Shown here piece after piece: positions 9,380 through 10,304 of a stretch of DNA of 10,304 nt. Source of the DNA: Geosiphon pyriformis uo1 (lineage: Eukaryota > Fungi > Glomeromycota); contig JAAOMT010000039.1 in NCBI GenBank assembly GCA_016748015.1, positions 4,515-14,818 of the forward strand, read 5' to 3'. The notes under the pieces were generated by a model. That model was not told the origin of the DNA and searched no databases. It was given only the letters and a program-made list of their open reading frames with translations. Positions within the stretch are counted from its first letter, which is position 1. Each line of letters starts with the position of its first letter. Both the position numbers and the translations under genes were made by a program.

Positions 9380-9530
9380 AAGGCAAGGGGGAAGGACTGA
9401 TTTAAATGTTATGATTGGTCCCACGGTTTTATGAGGATGTGAATCCTCATGATTTGATTCAGCCAATAATAGGATTTGAAATAATATGACTCAATCCACT
9501 AAACGCGATTCTTAACAATATATAAACTAG
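9380..9530 (+). promoter_or_regulatory. Pol II promoter-like / LTR U3-like block
   Basis: Purine tract AAGGCAAGGGGGAAGGA (9380-9396), then TG starts at 9398 and 9407 (TGTTATG). Also ATTGG 9414-9418, hairpin ATGAGGAT-GTGA-ATCCTCAT 9431-9450, CCAAT 9463-9467, TGACTCA 9487-9493 and TATATAAA 9519-9526, followed by a CT-rich tract. No LTR 3' end or TSD was found. Confidence 0.35.
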
Positions 9531-9552
9531 CCTAGAACTTTTAAACTATTAG

Positions 9553-9751
9553 TTACCTCTCTCTCTCACTTATTCTTCTCTCTCACTTACCCTTCTCTTT
9601 CACTTACTCTCTCTCTCACTTACCCCTCTCTCACTTACCCTTCTCTCTCACCTACCCTTCTCTCACTTACCCCTCTCTCACTTACCCTTCTCTTTCACTT
9701 ACCCTTCTCTCTCACCTACCCTTCTCTCACTTACCCCTCTCTCACTTACCC
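9553..9751. repeat. Pyrimidine-rich minisatellite: 11 full units of 15-17 nt plus partial end units, consensus CACTTACCC(T/C)TCTCT(CT)
   Basis: Units start at 9567, 9584, 9601, 9617, 9632, 9649, 9664, 9679, 9696, 9713, 9728 and 9743. Segment 9632-9678 is identical to 9696-9742. The + strand has no G from 9553 to 9761. Confidence 0.97.
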
Positions 9752-9979
9752 ACTAAACCAAGAAGTCGATGTTCAAGTCGTTGAGCATTGGAACGAGAGT
9801 TAAAGGTCAGTACCTTTTCACATTTTTCAGAGGATGTGAGCGCCTACTATGTTTTGATCAGACATCTGCGCGCACATTGTGGTAGGAAAATGGTCTGAGA
9901 TTCGTGCTGTATGCTTCGCGCTATAAGCTTCGTGCTCGGGAAAGTGGAAAATGCTTAAAGAATTTAGTGAAGGTGATTC

Positions 9980-10139
9980 ACCCTATGCTATCAGAATAGG
10001 GAAGAAGAGTCGTCCAGGTTTTATGTTCACCATGACATGCACATTTTGTTTTACAGCAATTGTGCTATACCTCATTCTAATAGTATGGGGAAGAAGAATG
10101 TCTGGGTCTTACTTCTCTGTGGCGTTCACTTTTGCTTTT
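9980..10139. repeat. Degenerate tandem duplication, ~89-nt period
   Basis: GGGAAGAAGA occurs at 9999-10008 and 10088-10097 with similar flanks (ACC..AT.CTA..AG.AT upstream; TC..GGT.TTA and CAC(A)TTTTG.TTT downstream). Confidence 0.45.
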
Positions 10140-10304
10140 CTTGGCATGAGATGTATCCCGTGACTACTGGTCAAGTGGGAGGCAATCCAGACTAGCATAT
10201 GCTTTCTGTGGTTCGCGCTGTCTCGTATTGGCTCAATATTTTATTGATCTTCTTTTTATACCATTCTAGATTCAAATCTTAAAGCCAAACAACTGTCAGT
10301 TAAG

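Noticed and set aside
9553-9751. CRISPR array or telomeric tract
   Set aside because: Units are contiguous with no unique spacers and the context is eukaryotic with no cas genes. TTACCC only resembles TAACCC and is interrupted by CT runs.
9951-10163. 70-aa two-TM membrane protein CDS
   Set aside because: No family similarity was recognised. The hydrophobicity is explicable by T-richness, and the underlying 89-nt duplication is not frame-preserving.

Overview
Very AT-rich eukaryotic DNA with short GT-AG introns, most likely fungal. The gene families resemble those expanded in arbuscular mycorrhizal fungi (Glomeromycotina); this assignment comes from recalled family motifs, not a search. Only one gene looks intact: a 4-exon, 394-aa, probably secreted class-3 (Rhizomucor-type) lipase-like gene (minus strand, 4371-2942). 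Its catalytic serine is replaced by glycine (GFGIG instead of GHSLG), while the triad Asp and His are kept, and it carries a KRRKK basic insert. The rest is decayed sequence. It includes a membrane-protein pseudogene running off the left edge, and a tightly abutting mosaic of a lipase fragment, a cytochrome P450 fragment and a TKL-type kinase pseudogene (5226-7037), mostly missed by the ORF track. A GC-richer, disrupted PD-(D/E)XK-like nuclease gene (8872-7491) has a nested fold-back palindrome upstream. A promoter/LTR-like block is followed by a G-free 15-17 nt minisatellite whose minus strand is an array of 5' splice-site consensus motifs. No rRNA, tRNA or CRISPR array was recognised. All coordinates were derived by hand.
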